Part shown: one piece after another, positions 37,098 through 50,800 of the stretch
Layout of the letters: every line of letters begins with the position of its first letter
Numbering within the stretch: position 1 is the stretch's first letter
From: Podarcis erhardii
Taxonomy: Eukaryota
DNA length: 64,000 nucleotides
Strand: one strand, 5' to 3'
Assembly: GCA_964252035.1 (NCBI GenBank)
Contig: OZ176212.1
Position numbers and translations under genes: made by a program
The notes under the pieces: generated by a model
What the model saw: only the letters and a program-made list of their open reading frames with translations
Told to the model about the DNA's origin: nothing
Databases searched by the model: none

Positions 37098-38729
37098 GGC
37101 AGGCAGCTACCTGGATTAGAGGAGAATTAGAGGAGGGGGAATGTTCAGGGTGGAGAACCAGCCGTCTTTCCCCTCGCTGCCTGGTCCTGGGTCTGATCTG
37201 CAGAACCAAAGTCCAGGGCCAATGGACCAGCGCTTCTCAACTTGCAGCCAAGTTCCCAGAGTCCTCCAACCCCCTAGCAGCCTTCAATGTCCCTTTGAGC
37301 TGCCTAAAGCAGGGATGGGTATCTTGACGGCCTTCAGAGGTGGTTGTGTTCCATTTCTCATCATTCCTGGCTCTGCTGGAGATACCCCCTCCCAGTGCTT
37401 TTTTTTCCTAAAAAAAATGTTTAGGGTTACTCTCATTTTCCTACTCATATTGAAATACTGCCCCTCAATGAGGCCAAACTCAATGAGGGGTATGCGTACC
37501 CCTGCGTACCCCCAGGGGGAAAAGCACTGCCTTCTCCCCTGGTCTAAAGCGATGTGTGGATCAGGTTGATGTGCAAAAAGGTTGACCAACTTATCAACGG
37601 TTGCAAAAATTGTGACAGCTGCATATGGGGGAGGGAGGAAATAACATCACCTCTCTTCTATGTGATTGGTTTTTTATAGGATATGGGATGTCTCTGTGAA
37701 AATTGCTACTTCTTATTAGACACGTGCTCAAGAGAAATAAAGCATATGATGCTCGGTTTGTAAAGAAAGGTGAATGGCTTTTAGCATTATATGCAAATAT
37801 GAATTCAGCCGGGATGCAAGGTTTTCGTTTGTTTTAATTGCTCCTATATATGGAATAACGTAACAGGTGCTATTCATAGAGCAATAATTCATAGCTACTG
37901 TACACGCCTTTCTAACAACACAATTATTTCATAATATATCATATAATACAAACTAAAATATGAACAGAATGCCTCTGAATTTGTGCTTTCCCTTTCACCT
38001 AAGTAGCTTCAGGCAGGTCTGCCACACCAAAGATTGGGGGTTAGTATTTATTTCCTTCTCTTTCAGCAATCTTGAGCGCAGCATTTCATTATTTATTTCT
38101 TTTTACTGTGTAATGGGTGGCACCCATCCAGGTGAGGACACTCACTCAACAAGGCCAACCCAAGACACTCTGCCGCCTGAGGCAGAATAAAACATTGCAT
38201 CCTCTCTGGATTTCACTTCACCACTGACAATGGGACTCACATTTGAGTCAGCAGGCTAGTTTAGCAGGGCGCTGTGTGACATACATCGCTCTACCTTCTA
38301 CAGAGAGAGGTGGCTGGGAGGTTCAGAAAGAGCATTCAAGGACTGATACAACTGCCCACCCCCCTGTGACACCTGAGGCAGTTTCCTCACTTTGCCTCAT
38401 GACCCAGCTGGCCCCAACACCCAAATACACACCATCGCTACCATCACCATCTTTCCAACCAACACTTCCCAATATTGCCATTCCACTGAATGGCACATGC
38501 GCTGTTAGAAATTAGCCAGGCACCAGGCGCGTTTTGCTACTGGAGTGGTTCTAATAGCAACTACGTGGAGATTTCTGGGTGCCAGGTTGGCGGCCATAGT
38601 TTTAAAACCTCTGCCTTAGTCCATCGTTTATTCCGGTTCCATTTCCACTGTGTGTGTTTCTCCTCCTTGCAAACTGGGACAAGTGAATTGTTGTGAGAGC
38701 AAGCTACAGTCAAGTAACGTAGATGAGAT

Positions 38730-38795
38730 CATAGGATCAAAAACTGTAGCATTGGAAAGGACCCCTAGAATCATCCAGTCCAACCCCCTGGAAAA
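38730..38795 (-). mobile_element. CR1 3'-end fragment
   Basis: ttggaaaggacccctagaatcatccagtccaaccccctg is the antisense CR1 3' terminal motif. Confidence 0.65.
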
Positions 38796-40399
38796 TAGAC
38801 ATTCCATTGTGGTGGCTGTAACCTAGATTTAAGGTGCCATTGGACACCTTGCTTATATATATGAGTTTCTAGCGCTGGGCACATGTCAATCTAAGTGATG
38901 CACACAGCCCTTCTGGTACTGAGAGAGCAACCTGGCTCCAATATATCTAAAGAGCCCCTGCGGACTCTTTACTGTTTTGTCCCATCATGATCTACAAGAA
39001 GGACTAAGAAACTACTTATAACTTTGTGAAAAGCATTTGCATTCCGCCTTATCGTTTCATGGAGACGCTTGTGTGGGAGATGTGTGTTTTTAGTTGCCAG
39101 TGGGAGCACCTAACAGTTGGCACATCTCCAGAGGTAACTCATTTCACACAAGTTGGGCGCCTGCATGGAGGAGGTCTTCCCTGCAGTACCATTTAGCGGA
39201 CCTAGGGAACCTGTGGCACACTTAACAGGACCTCCTCCATAGATTGCGTTTATATTACATTTCGCCCAGTTTCTTATTTGGCAGAAATTCAGATTCAGCT
39301 TTTATGTTGCCCTTTGAAATGGACTTGGAGGAATGCTTAATGAAGAGCCTAGTGCTGCCAACGAAACCGTAAGGCGAGTAATGTTAAGCATAAACTCAAG
39401 GTGCCATTTCAGATTTCAGTAGCGGGTGGATGAGGGTGAGAAAGAAATTTAAGTGGTTGGGAGATAAGCCCTAGCAGCTGGTTTGTGGATACCTTCCTAG
39501 TTAAATTGCAAAAAGTGAAATAAAAAAATCAACATGCACACATACTTTAAGACATACCATTGCATAAAGGAAAATTGGTGTGTGTGTAATCTGTGTTGTG
39601 ATTCTTTTCTTCTTTTATACTTCACAGTAACTATGACAGTTTTTATTCACAGAGGATAAAGACCTGCCTCACCCCTTTTTGAATGCAAAGAGATCTCTGG
39701 CAAGCGCACCTTGTATGCATCTCTATTCCGTTGCTTAACAATAGGCTATATAGCGTACAGAACCAGAGAATGGGCTCGAGAGCAGCTAAGTGCTCCATCA
39801 CATGGGGCCATCCCTGCCTTCCCTGAATGCCGTTCCTAATGCCAACACTCCAGATTCAATATCTATGCTTTCCTCTTTCCAGAAACTGGGAAAAGCAGTC
39901 TTTGAAAGGAGGTAGAAATGGAACTCAAACAAGAAATAAATGCTCCCATTTTAAATCAATAAAGTAGCTGCAAACACTAGCCCACTTGAAAACATACACC
40001 AAAACAACTATTATCAAGGACATGCACAAAACTAAAGGCATCCTCTTGCCCAAGGCACAGCTCTTAGGAATTGTGAGAAGGGCTAAGTACAAATGGAAGT
40101 ATGGGGGGGGGTGCTTTGGCCCTCTGGAAATAGCAGGCATTAAACTGGTTGCTCTGGTCAGTGGAGTACTTCACACATAAAACGGACTCACTGACAGGGC
40201 CCTATAGCCAAAGACAATTGCCCTATAGCCATCCTTTGCAAATGTACCTCTATGATGCATATTTGCAAGCAGGTGTTTATTGCATTCCCTTCTAAAAATG
40301 CCCTGCGTAAACTGGCCTTCCAGACTGCCTGCACCACAGCTATCAGTGCAAACAAGTGGACCCGCCATTCATCTTTGGCTGATACGCCACCTATACCTG

Positions 40400-40567
40400 G
40401 AAGCTGCCTTAGACCAGATTAGACCATCAGGTATTTTTTCCCACTGACTGGGGGCAGCTCTCCAGTGTTCCAGGAAGGAGCCTTTTCCCAGTCCTTACCT
40501 GGAGCTCCTGGTGATTGAACCTAAGGCCTCCTGCATGCAAAGCAGATGCTCTTCCAACTGAGCTATG
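40400..40567 (-). mobile_element. Squam2-like tRNA-derived SINE
   Basis: Minus strand: ccatagctcagttggaagagcatctgctttgcatgcaggaggccttaggttcaatcaccagg (A and B boxes), then non-tRNA body ...ggagagctgcccccagtcagt...aaggcagcttcc. Confidence 0.8.
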
Positions 40568-43500
40568 GTTGTTCACCTACCGCTGAGAGATCAAGGCACT
40601 GTTGTGCATGCTTTGGTGGCTTCCAGATTAGAGCCCTCTGAAGCCCTCCACATGTGCTTGAAGATAGTTTGGAAACTTCAGCTAGTGGAAAATGAAGCAG
40701 CAGCAGCAGCCCACCTGCACACAGATGTATGTGACTGTTCTTAAATATCACCTATTTTGAGACATCTGCCCTTAAACTCCTAGAGGTTTAGAGTCCTCGT
40801 GAACTCTTAAGATCTTCTGATGAAGACCTGTTGCTGATGTTCTACGGAGAGGTTGGATTCACTCCCAAATAGGGGCAGCGTCTTCTCAGTCGCAGCTCTG
40901 ATGTTCTGAGAACTCTTTATGAGGCAGGTGAATAGTTTCTCCCCCGCTGTCTTCCGAAAACTGAGCTAAAATGTTTATTTTTCAGAAAGCCTTTAGAAAT
41001 CAGTTGGTTTGTTATGCTTTGTTTGATTGCTGGCCTAAGCTCCTTCTAAAACTGTTGTGGCTTTTATCATTGTCAATGTTTGTTGGCGTACAGTTTTTGT
41101 GATTAAAATTGTAAGCCGCTGTGCAGGTTTTTTTAAAAAAAGAGACACACATGTGATAACATAAACAAACAAACCATTGTACTTCCTAGTGGGCATCCTG
41201 TGATCTGTTGGGACACTTCCCTGGCACATGTGGCAGTGTCTCTATAGTTGTGTAACACCAAAGCAGACTCTCATCATATACCAGGCTGTTAAGTGCAAAG
41301 CATTATCAGAAGACACAAGGTCACAAACGAATGTGCGAAAGCAGAGCTATATGCATGATTATTTACATTTCTATCCTGTTTTTCTTCCATCATAGAATTC
41401 AATATGATGTACATCTCCCATCCAGGCAGTGACCAGACCCAGATGTGCTTAGTTTCATTGAGTGGCGGCCTTCAAACTGCACCCTAGAGCTCACAAAGTC
41501 AGAGGAGACCAAGTCAAAGGACACACACAAACACACACAACTCCAAAACATCCAGTGTAACAAATACCTTGTATCGTCTTATCAGCAATTGGAAATGATC
41601 AGGACAGTTCACATCTGATCCAAGGAGAGAGACTGTAGAACTGGTATGCAGAACCAAGAGCATCTTTCGCCACCGTGAGATGAGCAAAACAGAAGCAGAC
41701 TCTCACTACATACAGGGAATGTGTATGCAGAATTGAACTGCTGGTTGGTATTGGAGGGGAGCAGTAGAAGGGTGGAACCATATTGAATTATCTTAAATTT
41801 ATTGACTTTGCAGAGGAGAAATTAAATCTCGGCAGGCATAATTATTCCATCAGACTCCTTCCTAGGTCATGCTAGCCTCTGCTTAGGTGAGTTATCACTA
41901 ATCTCCACCTTAAATCCCTTTCCACCAGAGTCTTCACAAGGAAATTTCAGCGTGGGAACTGATCAACCTTGGTCCCCCTCTTCTTTTCCCCTTCCTTCAG
42001 TTCAGTTCTTTGACAGAGGATAGACCATATGAGTGATGCTGTGGGTTGATAATCTTCAACAAAAGATGTTACAACTTCTGCACTTTCAGGTCTGACCTAC
42101 CTCTCAAAGATCTGGGGCGCTTGGCCTGGACACAGTATACTGCAATGTTAAAATGTGCAAAAGCAATGCAATTTTAGAAGGTATGATCAGTTGCAGGGAG
42201 AGGGAGAGAGCATGGATCATCAGAAGAAAATAGAAGCTAGAGGGAGGTGGTATAGATCTTGTAGAGAGGAAAAAGGAAACCTTAACTATGTGAAGGGCAC
42301 CAAATCACATGGGAGGGAGAAGAGGGGAGGGGGTAGGATGGATGGGGAAGCCCCATGGGCCATCTCTGACCTACAGGCCAGAGGCAGCTCCCCCACAGCT
42401 GACAGACTGTGCTAATTTCCCTGTGGATACCACTGGGAGTGATCCTGATTCAAATGGAACTTACTCTCACAGGTAAATGTGCATATGATTTGCAGGCAGA
42501 CTTTGGCTCAGACTTCAGAGCACAATCCATTGGGTTTCCTGCAAAAGCACCACTGAAATTAATGGGAAATATGAAATATATTATTTGGAGGGAAGCAACA
42601 ACCAGGGGAAATTTAGAGTTCTTCTCTAGAGGCATAAATGGGTTAGGAAATCATACGTCAAGGATGCAGGAGGCTGTGTTCATGCATTCCTTCCTACAAT
42701 CTGGCCAAGTGGTTCTCCAAAGCTGTTTTAGTCCTGTTGTTTGTAAGAGGGAAGAGTGGCAGGCTTGTGTGTGGTTTTTCCCTCTTAAGAAAGTGCTACA
42801 ACAATTGTCATGATATACTGGTTCTCATTACCATGTTCCTGCTTCCTGACTGACACACTCTTTGAACGAGACACAGACAGACAACATGATTAAAACACTG
42901 GCAGGCACAAAGATGCCATAACAGATTCTGTGACTGACACAGCCATCCGATTATTATGGAGCCTGGAGGCATGGAACACCTCCACACGACCAAGGCAGTT
43001 GTGCCTGACATCCTGCTCCTTGCTGATCCACATAGTGCAATGGGCATCCACACAATTTCTCTAGTACCCATTCAGCAGGCACATAGAGAAGGCTGACATG
43101 TGGCACGGCCACCACTTTGTGCAATTCAGATGCACAGAGACCTGATTTGTTCCCGAGGCAGATTATTATTTTATGACAAACCCCAATGCAATGGGCATTG
43201 ATCCTTAAAACCATTACCTTATTTCCACACACTTGCATGTGCCCTGCACACATTTTGATCGCCTGCTGTGCAGCAGATGTAACCACAGCAGTAAATCCTG
43301 GGCCATCACAAAGAGATCTTTGCCTGACACCTCCAATTAGCCTGACCAGCAGATCTCTGTGCTTGACAGCCTCAACAATTCCTTCCCAGTTACTGGCTCT
43401 GGCAACCAGCTGCTGCCTTCCTCAAACGGAGGATCTGTCATGGGGAGGCTGATTCCCCCATCTGTTGAAGCCGTACGCCATTGAAGGCATCCCGACAGGC

Positions 43501-44299
43501 CCCATGGTCAAGTCACCAATGGTCTCACCCACTGTCTCCTTCACCCACCCACAGCCTTGCCATTACATCACATCCCTGGTCCACTGCTAAGCATTTTCTC
43601 TTATAAGAAGAGGAGACACACACACACACACACAGCATAGTGCTGATGCAGACTCTCCTTTGACTTAGGGTAGTTCTGTGTGCTTTGTCCTTCGCCAGTC
43701 CACCCTCTGCAAGCAGTCACACGTTATGCTTGCTGCAAAGACCTATTAGGTGGCTTAAGGAGAGCCGTTGGTCTTCTGACAGCTTCTTCTGCCAAACAGA
43801 ATGGGAATTGTTGTACATTAAAGCATGCAAACATCATAAAATCATCTAAGTCTCATTTATACTGCAGGTAGCTGGGGAGTGAATTTGGAAACCAGTTTGG
43901 GGGCCACACATCAGAGAGATAGTGCTTGACCCTACCTTGGAAGGAATTCCCTTTCTCAGATAAATCACCTGTTTCGGGACAGAGGATCTCACGTGTGAAT
44001 GTGTTCTGTGCTTTACATAGGCAACATCCCTCCCTCCCTTCTCTTTCTCTAAGACCACACCCAACTGGGCAAACCCACCTTGGCGCCCGCCCCACACCAG
44101 AGCCGCCCCTTTCTTTGGGCTGCTTCCACACACCCAAGCCCCACACAGTCCCTCCTTCTCCCTCTTGTACCAGGGGCAATTTCTCCTTCACAGCATCCAT
44201 CCACAATCGCCTTCCCACCACCCAAACCGCCTCCCTTGGGGACTCCCGCTTCTATCCTTCATCTTACCCCTGGTGGGAGCTCACCTCCACAAACCCTTC

Positions 44300-45750
44300 C
44301 TTCCTCACCTGTTTTGCCTCACTGTTTACGCCCCCCTCTCCCCCTCCGCCCAGTGACTTCACGCCCCGCACCCGACTTCCCGAGACCACACGACCAACGC
44401 CTTCTGCTACCAAGGACAGCTCCTGCAACCCTTTGCTAACTCCGAGCCGCGTCTGTATCCCCTCCTCCTCCTCACATCCACCCCGGTCCCCAGCTTCAAA
44501 GGGGGAAAGCAGCCCCCCTTCTCCAACCTGCCAGCCATTCACTGCCCCCTTGCTCACTAAAACCCCTTTCAGAGAGACTTATGGGGAAATCCTCCACGGA
44601 TCTACACAGCAGCTGGTCCCATTGAGTTCCTTAGGACTTACTTCCAGGAAAGAGAGCATCGGGTTGTAGCTTTAGCAAAGGCTCGCCACAGCCCACCCCT
44701 CTGCCCCCTACGTCTCCTCCTAAACACCCACTGCCCTCCCCCCTCCATTTATTTCCAACTTCCCTCTCACGCCCTCCTTCCTTCACACCCATTTCTGAGC
44801 AAGGCTGAGCCGGAGCTTCTCCACACTCAGCCTCCCTCTTCCACCTCCCTTCGCCAGCCCGTCCAACTCTTCGACCCATTTCTCGTTAAGAAACATGCGC
44901 GCGCGCGTACACACGGGATCGAGACCCTCCGAACATCTCCCCCAACCCCAAAACCAGCTGCTTTCTTCCTCCTCCCTCCCGCTGTCGCCCTCCTTTTCCG
45001 CGCTGCACCTTTCCCTTTTTCCCATTTCTGTGCCCATAGATGACACCAGCAGCCGGCGAGGGGATTCGGTTGCCCTACATATCCACCCCCACCCACTACT
45101 CCCTGCTGCCCCGCCCTCGCTTCGCATCCCTACACCCCCACCGCCAGATGCCTCCGTGAATCTTCCAGCCCCCCATCTCCATCGTCACCCCTTGGAGAGT
45201 GCCCCCCGCTCCCCTTTTCCCGTTCACACCCATCTCCGCCTGCTCCCTTCAGTCCCCCCCCTCTCCCCCGCCCGCTTGCCGCAGCACCGTTATCCTTTTA
45301 GACAAATAGATAAAGAGGGTTTGGGGGCTAAGGATGGACCAAGGCAGGGTCTCTCTTCTCCTACCTGGGCTCCCGGCTGTGTCCAGTTGGCAGAAGGGGG
45401 TGGGGTGGGCAAATGGCTGGCAGGATTAGTGCCCCCCCTTACGCACACATCATACCCCTCCCTTTCTGCTGTATCCCTCCTCTCCCCTCCCCTTCTCTCC
45501 CTGGCTTCAGAGGGAGGAATAGATGGGGAAATGCAGCCTCCGCCCCCCTTCCCTCCCCCCCCAAACCCACCCTCTTACTTGCTCACTCCGCAGCTTTGTC
45601 TGCAAAGACGCCCCTTCCCCTCCCTTTGCACGAGTGTGTGCATCAAATGGTCTAATCGACCCTGCTTCTTCAAGGCAAGCTGGTTGAGGTTGGGGGGAGG
45701 GAGTTGTGGTTTGGGTTTTATGAAGAATCAGCTGATCGGGCGGGGGCAAG
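44300..45750 (-). promoter_or_regulatory. Putative PRRT2 promoter / non-coding exon 1 region
   Basis: C-rich, moderately CpG-rich block between the MAZ 3' end and the first PRRT2 coding exon; minus-strand donor tgc|GTAAGG at 45443/45442; GC-box-like motifs near 45540 and 45740. Exon boundaries not established. Confidence 0.4.
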
Positions 45751-46867
45751 ACATTAGCAGAAATGGTGTTGGTACTGGAAGCGTCCCACATATTCTGTAT
45801 CTCCTCTCCACCTCAACCCCCCTGGAATAGACCAAAACTTCATGTCAGCAAGCCACAAGTGCAATGAGCATCAAAGGACTAAGAAGTCCCAGCACCGCCA
45901 CCATTGCCTCCTCCTCAGGGACTGCCCAGAGGCACAAATGTGCGCTGAATAAAAATGGGAGCTGGCAGATAGGGCTGAAGGGTGCCTGGGAAGACCCCAT
46001 GGGTGGGACCTGAGGGTGCGGCACTGAAGGGGACCGCAGGCTGGGCGAAGGAGGGAAACTGTGCCCTCCGTCCAGCTGAGCTCAGCAAGATGATGTGGGA
46101 AATTTTCTGCACCAATCTGTTTTTGGGGAATCCTGGCTCCACAGCCCTCCCTCCTCCCCCTCCGGGAGAAAATTATATAAAATCTCTCGCTTCCAGTTTC
46201 TCATCCATTATTTATAACCTGCCCCGGCTGCTGCACAAGGGAGGGAGGAAAGAGCCCACAATTAGCCCGCCTCGCTCACACCATGCCACAGCTCCAGTGC
46301 AGCATTTGCTGTCTACCAACCAGCAAAAAACCCCACTGCCACTGCCGCCACCGCCGCCACCACCACCCAGATGTCCAGCCACAAGGCATTTGCTCCTTCT
46401 CCTAGAAAGGGGAGTTTGATGCAGCAACCATGAAAAAAAGAGAAGAGATCCTCCTGGGTAATCACAGGAAGCAAGGAAGTGCATTGGGAAACCCACTTAG
46501 AGCTGAGAATTACAACCTGGTGCCAGATCCATTAGACATTTTAAATAGGCATAAAGGTCCTGAGAGGAGATTCTGATGGTGTAAGGAGGTAGGCAGAGCA
46601 AGAGAGACCAGCAAACGTAATACTTCCCCCTTTACACTCAAAGTGACACAGAAACGGTCTAACAATAAACAGACAAGAGTGTGGATTTTTTTCCTTCAAT
46701 GTTTTTACTAAAATCTTTTGCTGTTGAGACACAGATCCAGAAAGGGTGCACGGGAGAAGGAAAGATGTGGGGTGAGGGAGGGAACAGGGAGAAAGGATAG
46801 ATGGACACAGCTTCATTACATTTTGTGTTAACAAAAAACGAAAACAAAAAAAAAACCACAAAGGGAG

Positions 46868-46873
46868 TTTATT
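46868..46873 (-). terminator. MAZ polyadenylation signal
   Basis: Minus-strand AATAAA ~1.0 kb after the MAZ stop, followed by a long T/GT-rich tract. Confidence 0.7.
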
Positions 46874-47883
46874 TTAAATGTCAGGGGATTTTTTTTTAAT
46901 ATATATAATACAAAAAAGCGAGGACTCTAACCCCAAACTGTGGGGGTTGCATGCAACAAGAAAGGTTTTCAGCGGGTGGGGCATCAATGCTTGGTGTGGG
47001 GGGCTGACACGCTTGGAACACGAATCACGAGAGAAGCTCAGGGAATGGAGCATTAAAACAGACACCATGAAAGAATGAGGTGCTTGGGCAAGGAGGGAAA
47101 TTCAGAGCAGTTCCTCAGCAGGGGAATGGAGGGCACTCCACACTGAAGCCATGGAGAAATCCAATCCAATCCTTTTCCATCCCATCCCACTGCAGCCCCC
47201 TGCCACCCCAGACTTGAGCTCCTGGCACCTACAATGCCCCTCAATCCTGATTTTCATCCCTCTTCTAACTTCTTTTTGGGTTTCCCAAGTTCTGTCAACC
47301 CCTCAACCAACACAACTCTATTCCCAACTCTGGCCTCCCCCCGCCACCAGCTGCAATCTTGCCCCACAATTTTGTCCCACAGGTATCCCATCCTTGAGCC
47401 CTCCTCATTCTGTTCCTGAGCTGAGCTTGTTAAGTCTTTCCTGTACCATTGTCTCACTCTTTTTGTGTAGCTGATTTAGGGGCAATAGGGAGCACTGCTG
47501 GAATGAGCAAGAGACTTATGGTGACGAAGACTGTAGCTATTTGGCTAAGGACAGGAGAGGGTGCATGGGTTTATGGGACTCTTGTGGGGCTAGACGTTAA
47601 GGGGACTAGAGCAGGGGAGTCAATAAAACGAGGGTGCTCTCTGAATGCACACACAGCCCTTCCATGGCCCTCTGAACAAGAGCTGCTGCTTTGGCTGGGC
47701 AGGTGCTTTCCCAGCACCACTATTTTACGAGCACAGGCAGGGGAGAGAATGAATGAAACCACCATTAAATTAAACACCCAAATATGGCCACTGCATATTC
47801 ATCTGGGCTTGGAGGCTCCAGCTGCCAGTGAGGGAGAGGGATGGGACTGGGAGGGTCGGCTTCTGCCTCCCCACTCCCAGAAA

Positions 47884-50800
47884 TCACCAGGGCTGTGTGG
47901 GGAGGGCTTGGCTCACAACCGAAGCTCCCTCCATGGGCAGCACCGTGACAGCGGCGGGAGGTGGGGCCGAGACAGCTGCCGCGAGGGGGCAGACCTCACC
48001 CGTACCTGTGGAGGAAGACAGATGTACAAAGTCAAAGGGGTTTCTCACCCTCATAAATTTAATTAACACAGTTGTGTAGCCTGCTTCCTCCCACCCTCCC
48101 CCTGCTGTAAGCTGGAGTAGAAGACACAGCTGGTTTCACATAGTAAGAAAGAGATGGATGCAGCTGCCCCTTCCTCCAAGGCACCATATTTATCCATGTC
48201 CTGTAGGGAAGTTCCCTTCCTTAAAAGGCTGAAAAATAAAGCAAGGTTGAAAGAACTCACTAGCTCTAACTTGAAATTAACCGCAGATAATACAACTAAC
48301 TGGGGTTTATCACTTAAATTGTTGTCCTAATGCATAATAAAGGTTAAACTTTCACAGGAAAGTTTTCTCAGGGGACTCCAGCTCTCACAGTTCTCCAAGA
48401 TGCATGATACATAGGGAATACATCCATAGCAGTGAATGGGGCTAGAAAATCTCCCACTACATTACAGCATCTCATGGGAATAGATTCACTTACTGCTGCC
48501 CCATGATCAGTTGTGTCTCAAAAGCAACAGTTACGCCTAATGTTGGACAGGAGACAAAGTAATGAAGGGCAAAAAGGAGACAAAACACCCATCAATGTGC
48601 CCTGTCTGTTGCTAACTTCAAAATATTAATAGTAGTCTATATTTCTTGTTAAAAGTACAAGAACTCCTTTGATTTTGGAAAAATAAAACAATATTCAGAT
48701 AAATAAAACATTCAAAGGATTATGTGCACCTTTTAATTAAAAAAAAAAAGGAAAGCTCAATCCTGCTTCTATCCTCTTTAGATGAACCTGCAAAAGGATC
48801 CTTAGTCACACATAAGCATCCAAACCAAGATAGGCACTGCAATATGCAGGCACTTAAACACTGGCAGAGGGATGCTAATTTAGGATGCAGCCGCCCCAGG
48901 GGAGATGGGGTTCTCCGTCTCCCACTGAGAATACAAGGACACGTGGGTACCCTACGGGACAGATGGGCCTCCCCTCCCCATTCCCTAGGACAGAAGGAAG
49001 CGGCTCTTGCCTGGTGGCCCGGCCAGCGTTTCACCGCAGCGGTTGGCCCTCAGTGGCCGCAGCCCCTTCTCCTGCGTGCGTCTGCAGATGCCCGTTGAGC
49101 TGAGCCGGGGTCTTGCAGTGCACGCCACACAGCTTGCAAAGGAAACGCTCCAGCCGCGGGGCGGCCAGTCCGTGGTCCTTGACCGCGTGGACCCTGAGGT
49201 AGGCCGCTGTGGTGAACCCTACGGGAGGGGGAGAAGGACAAAAACCAGCCAGGTCAGTGTCCGGTCTACTGAAAACGTACTCCAGTGTCCTGTAATGCTT
49301 GGCTGTGCCTCACCCTAGAGGCGGCTGCGTCTCAACATCTAGTGAAAGATCCATTGCGACAGGGCTCCCTGGTGAAGAGGCAGCTTCTCCACCCCAGAGA
49401 TGGCTGCATCTTGCCACCAGGTAAGCTATCTCTGTATGAACAACAGACCCCACTCTAGGGGCAGCTGCATCGCGGCATTGAGGAAGTAAAGGTGAGGAAC
49501 TTAAGACTCAACACAAAAATATCAGAGCTGTAATCCTAGACCAGAAGTAGCTGGATGAGAAGAAGAAAGCAGATTTCCTGCTCCCGCCCCACAGCAAATC
49601 TATGTTATCTATATTCTCTGCAACATGAAATATTTAAGCCATAAAAGAATTATAAGAAGTGATTAATAGTAAACTGCTGCTTTATGCTTCTGAGAATCCA
49701 GTTATCTACAATATGTTGAAGATTTTATTTTAAATATATGGGTAAAGCATAATGGATTATGCATATTATCCAGTGAGATAATCCAGGTGTTTCCACAAAG
49801 GAAAAGCAGATTGTTATTATTATTGGTTTTTTTTAAACTGTTTCTTACTAACCTGCACATTATTCAGCCTATTTTGACTTATGTTTTAAGGATATTGTTT
49901 TCTATTTAAAAATAATATACCCATCTAAGTATGTCGGATGGGTAAAGTTGTAACACACACAATTCAAATATTAGCAGTCCTCTTTTCATACTGTTTAGTT
50001 ATCTACCTGCACATTGGATTCCACATATATATGGAGAATTAGCAAATCTAACTATATACAATAAATCATGTCATCCTACACTTACACAGTACAGTGAAGC
50101 TATTTAAGCCTGTGGCAAAATGGTACTAAGGAGATACTCGGACATGTAAATGGAGAAAAAAAGATTAGGAGCCAGCTGTCTTGCCAAGCAGTTTTCTTGT
50201 TGAGATAAAGCAGGAAGTCTGAGCAACAGCTGCAGGCCAACAAAAATAAAATGCTGCCTGGTCTCAACGTTGGTCCTTCAAATGCAGCTTGTTTCAAAGG
50301 CATTATTATATATTCTTATCAAGTCAGTCCTCTTCTGCAATTCTGTATTTAATGCTCACAGAGAGGAAGTTTGGCCTCACATGTAAAGGATACAAATCCG
50401 GCTGACTACTTCTAAAGCAGGCATGTGCAACTTTGACTTACCAAGATGAATGCAGCTCACCTACCACATACTGCTGCCTGTCAGTTGGATAATAAACCAA
50501 TATAGCTACCTATAAGGCCCTGTGGGTCACCATCCATGGCTGTTCAGCTGAGCTGAAGTTAGTGAGAACCTGGCACGTCTGTTTGAAAGCTTGTGGAAAA
50601 CCAGCCACATCTAATTCAAACTGCAAATGAAATAACCTGAAGCAGGTCTCAAGCATGACTCTGGCTGATATGCTGAGGAACCATATTATAAAGGAGCAAG
50701 CACTTATGCAAGTACCAATTAAAGTTGGAATCCTATGCAAATGCAGCTGGGAGTAAGCTCCATTGAAACCTAATTCTTACAAAACCTACATCAGATTGTA

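Noticed and set aside
40500-40567. tRNA-like sequence with A and B boxes (also at 12668, 16050, 17900)
   Set aside because: Continues into SINE bodies and lacks a complete cloverleaf; these are SINE heads, not tRNA genes.
42800-43450. Several 87-110 aa ORFs in the putative PRRT2 first intron
   Set aside because: No recognisable domain, no consistent splice chain, and lengths within chance expectation.
44895-45830. 311-aa + strand ORF, and the 247-aa ORF at 43926-44669
   Set aside because: Pro/Ser/Leu low-complexity translation of a C-rich promoter-like region where stops are depleted by composition; no domain or splice context.
47937-47955. RE1/NRSE-like CAGCACCGTGACAGCG upstream of neuron-specific PRRT2
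   Set aside because: Spacer is one base short of canonical CAGCACC-NN-GGACAG, and the site lies in MAZ coding sequence.
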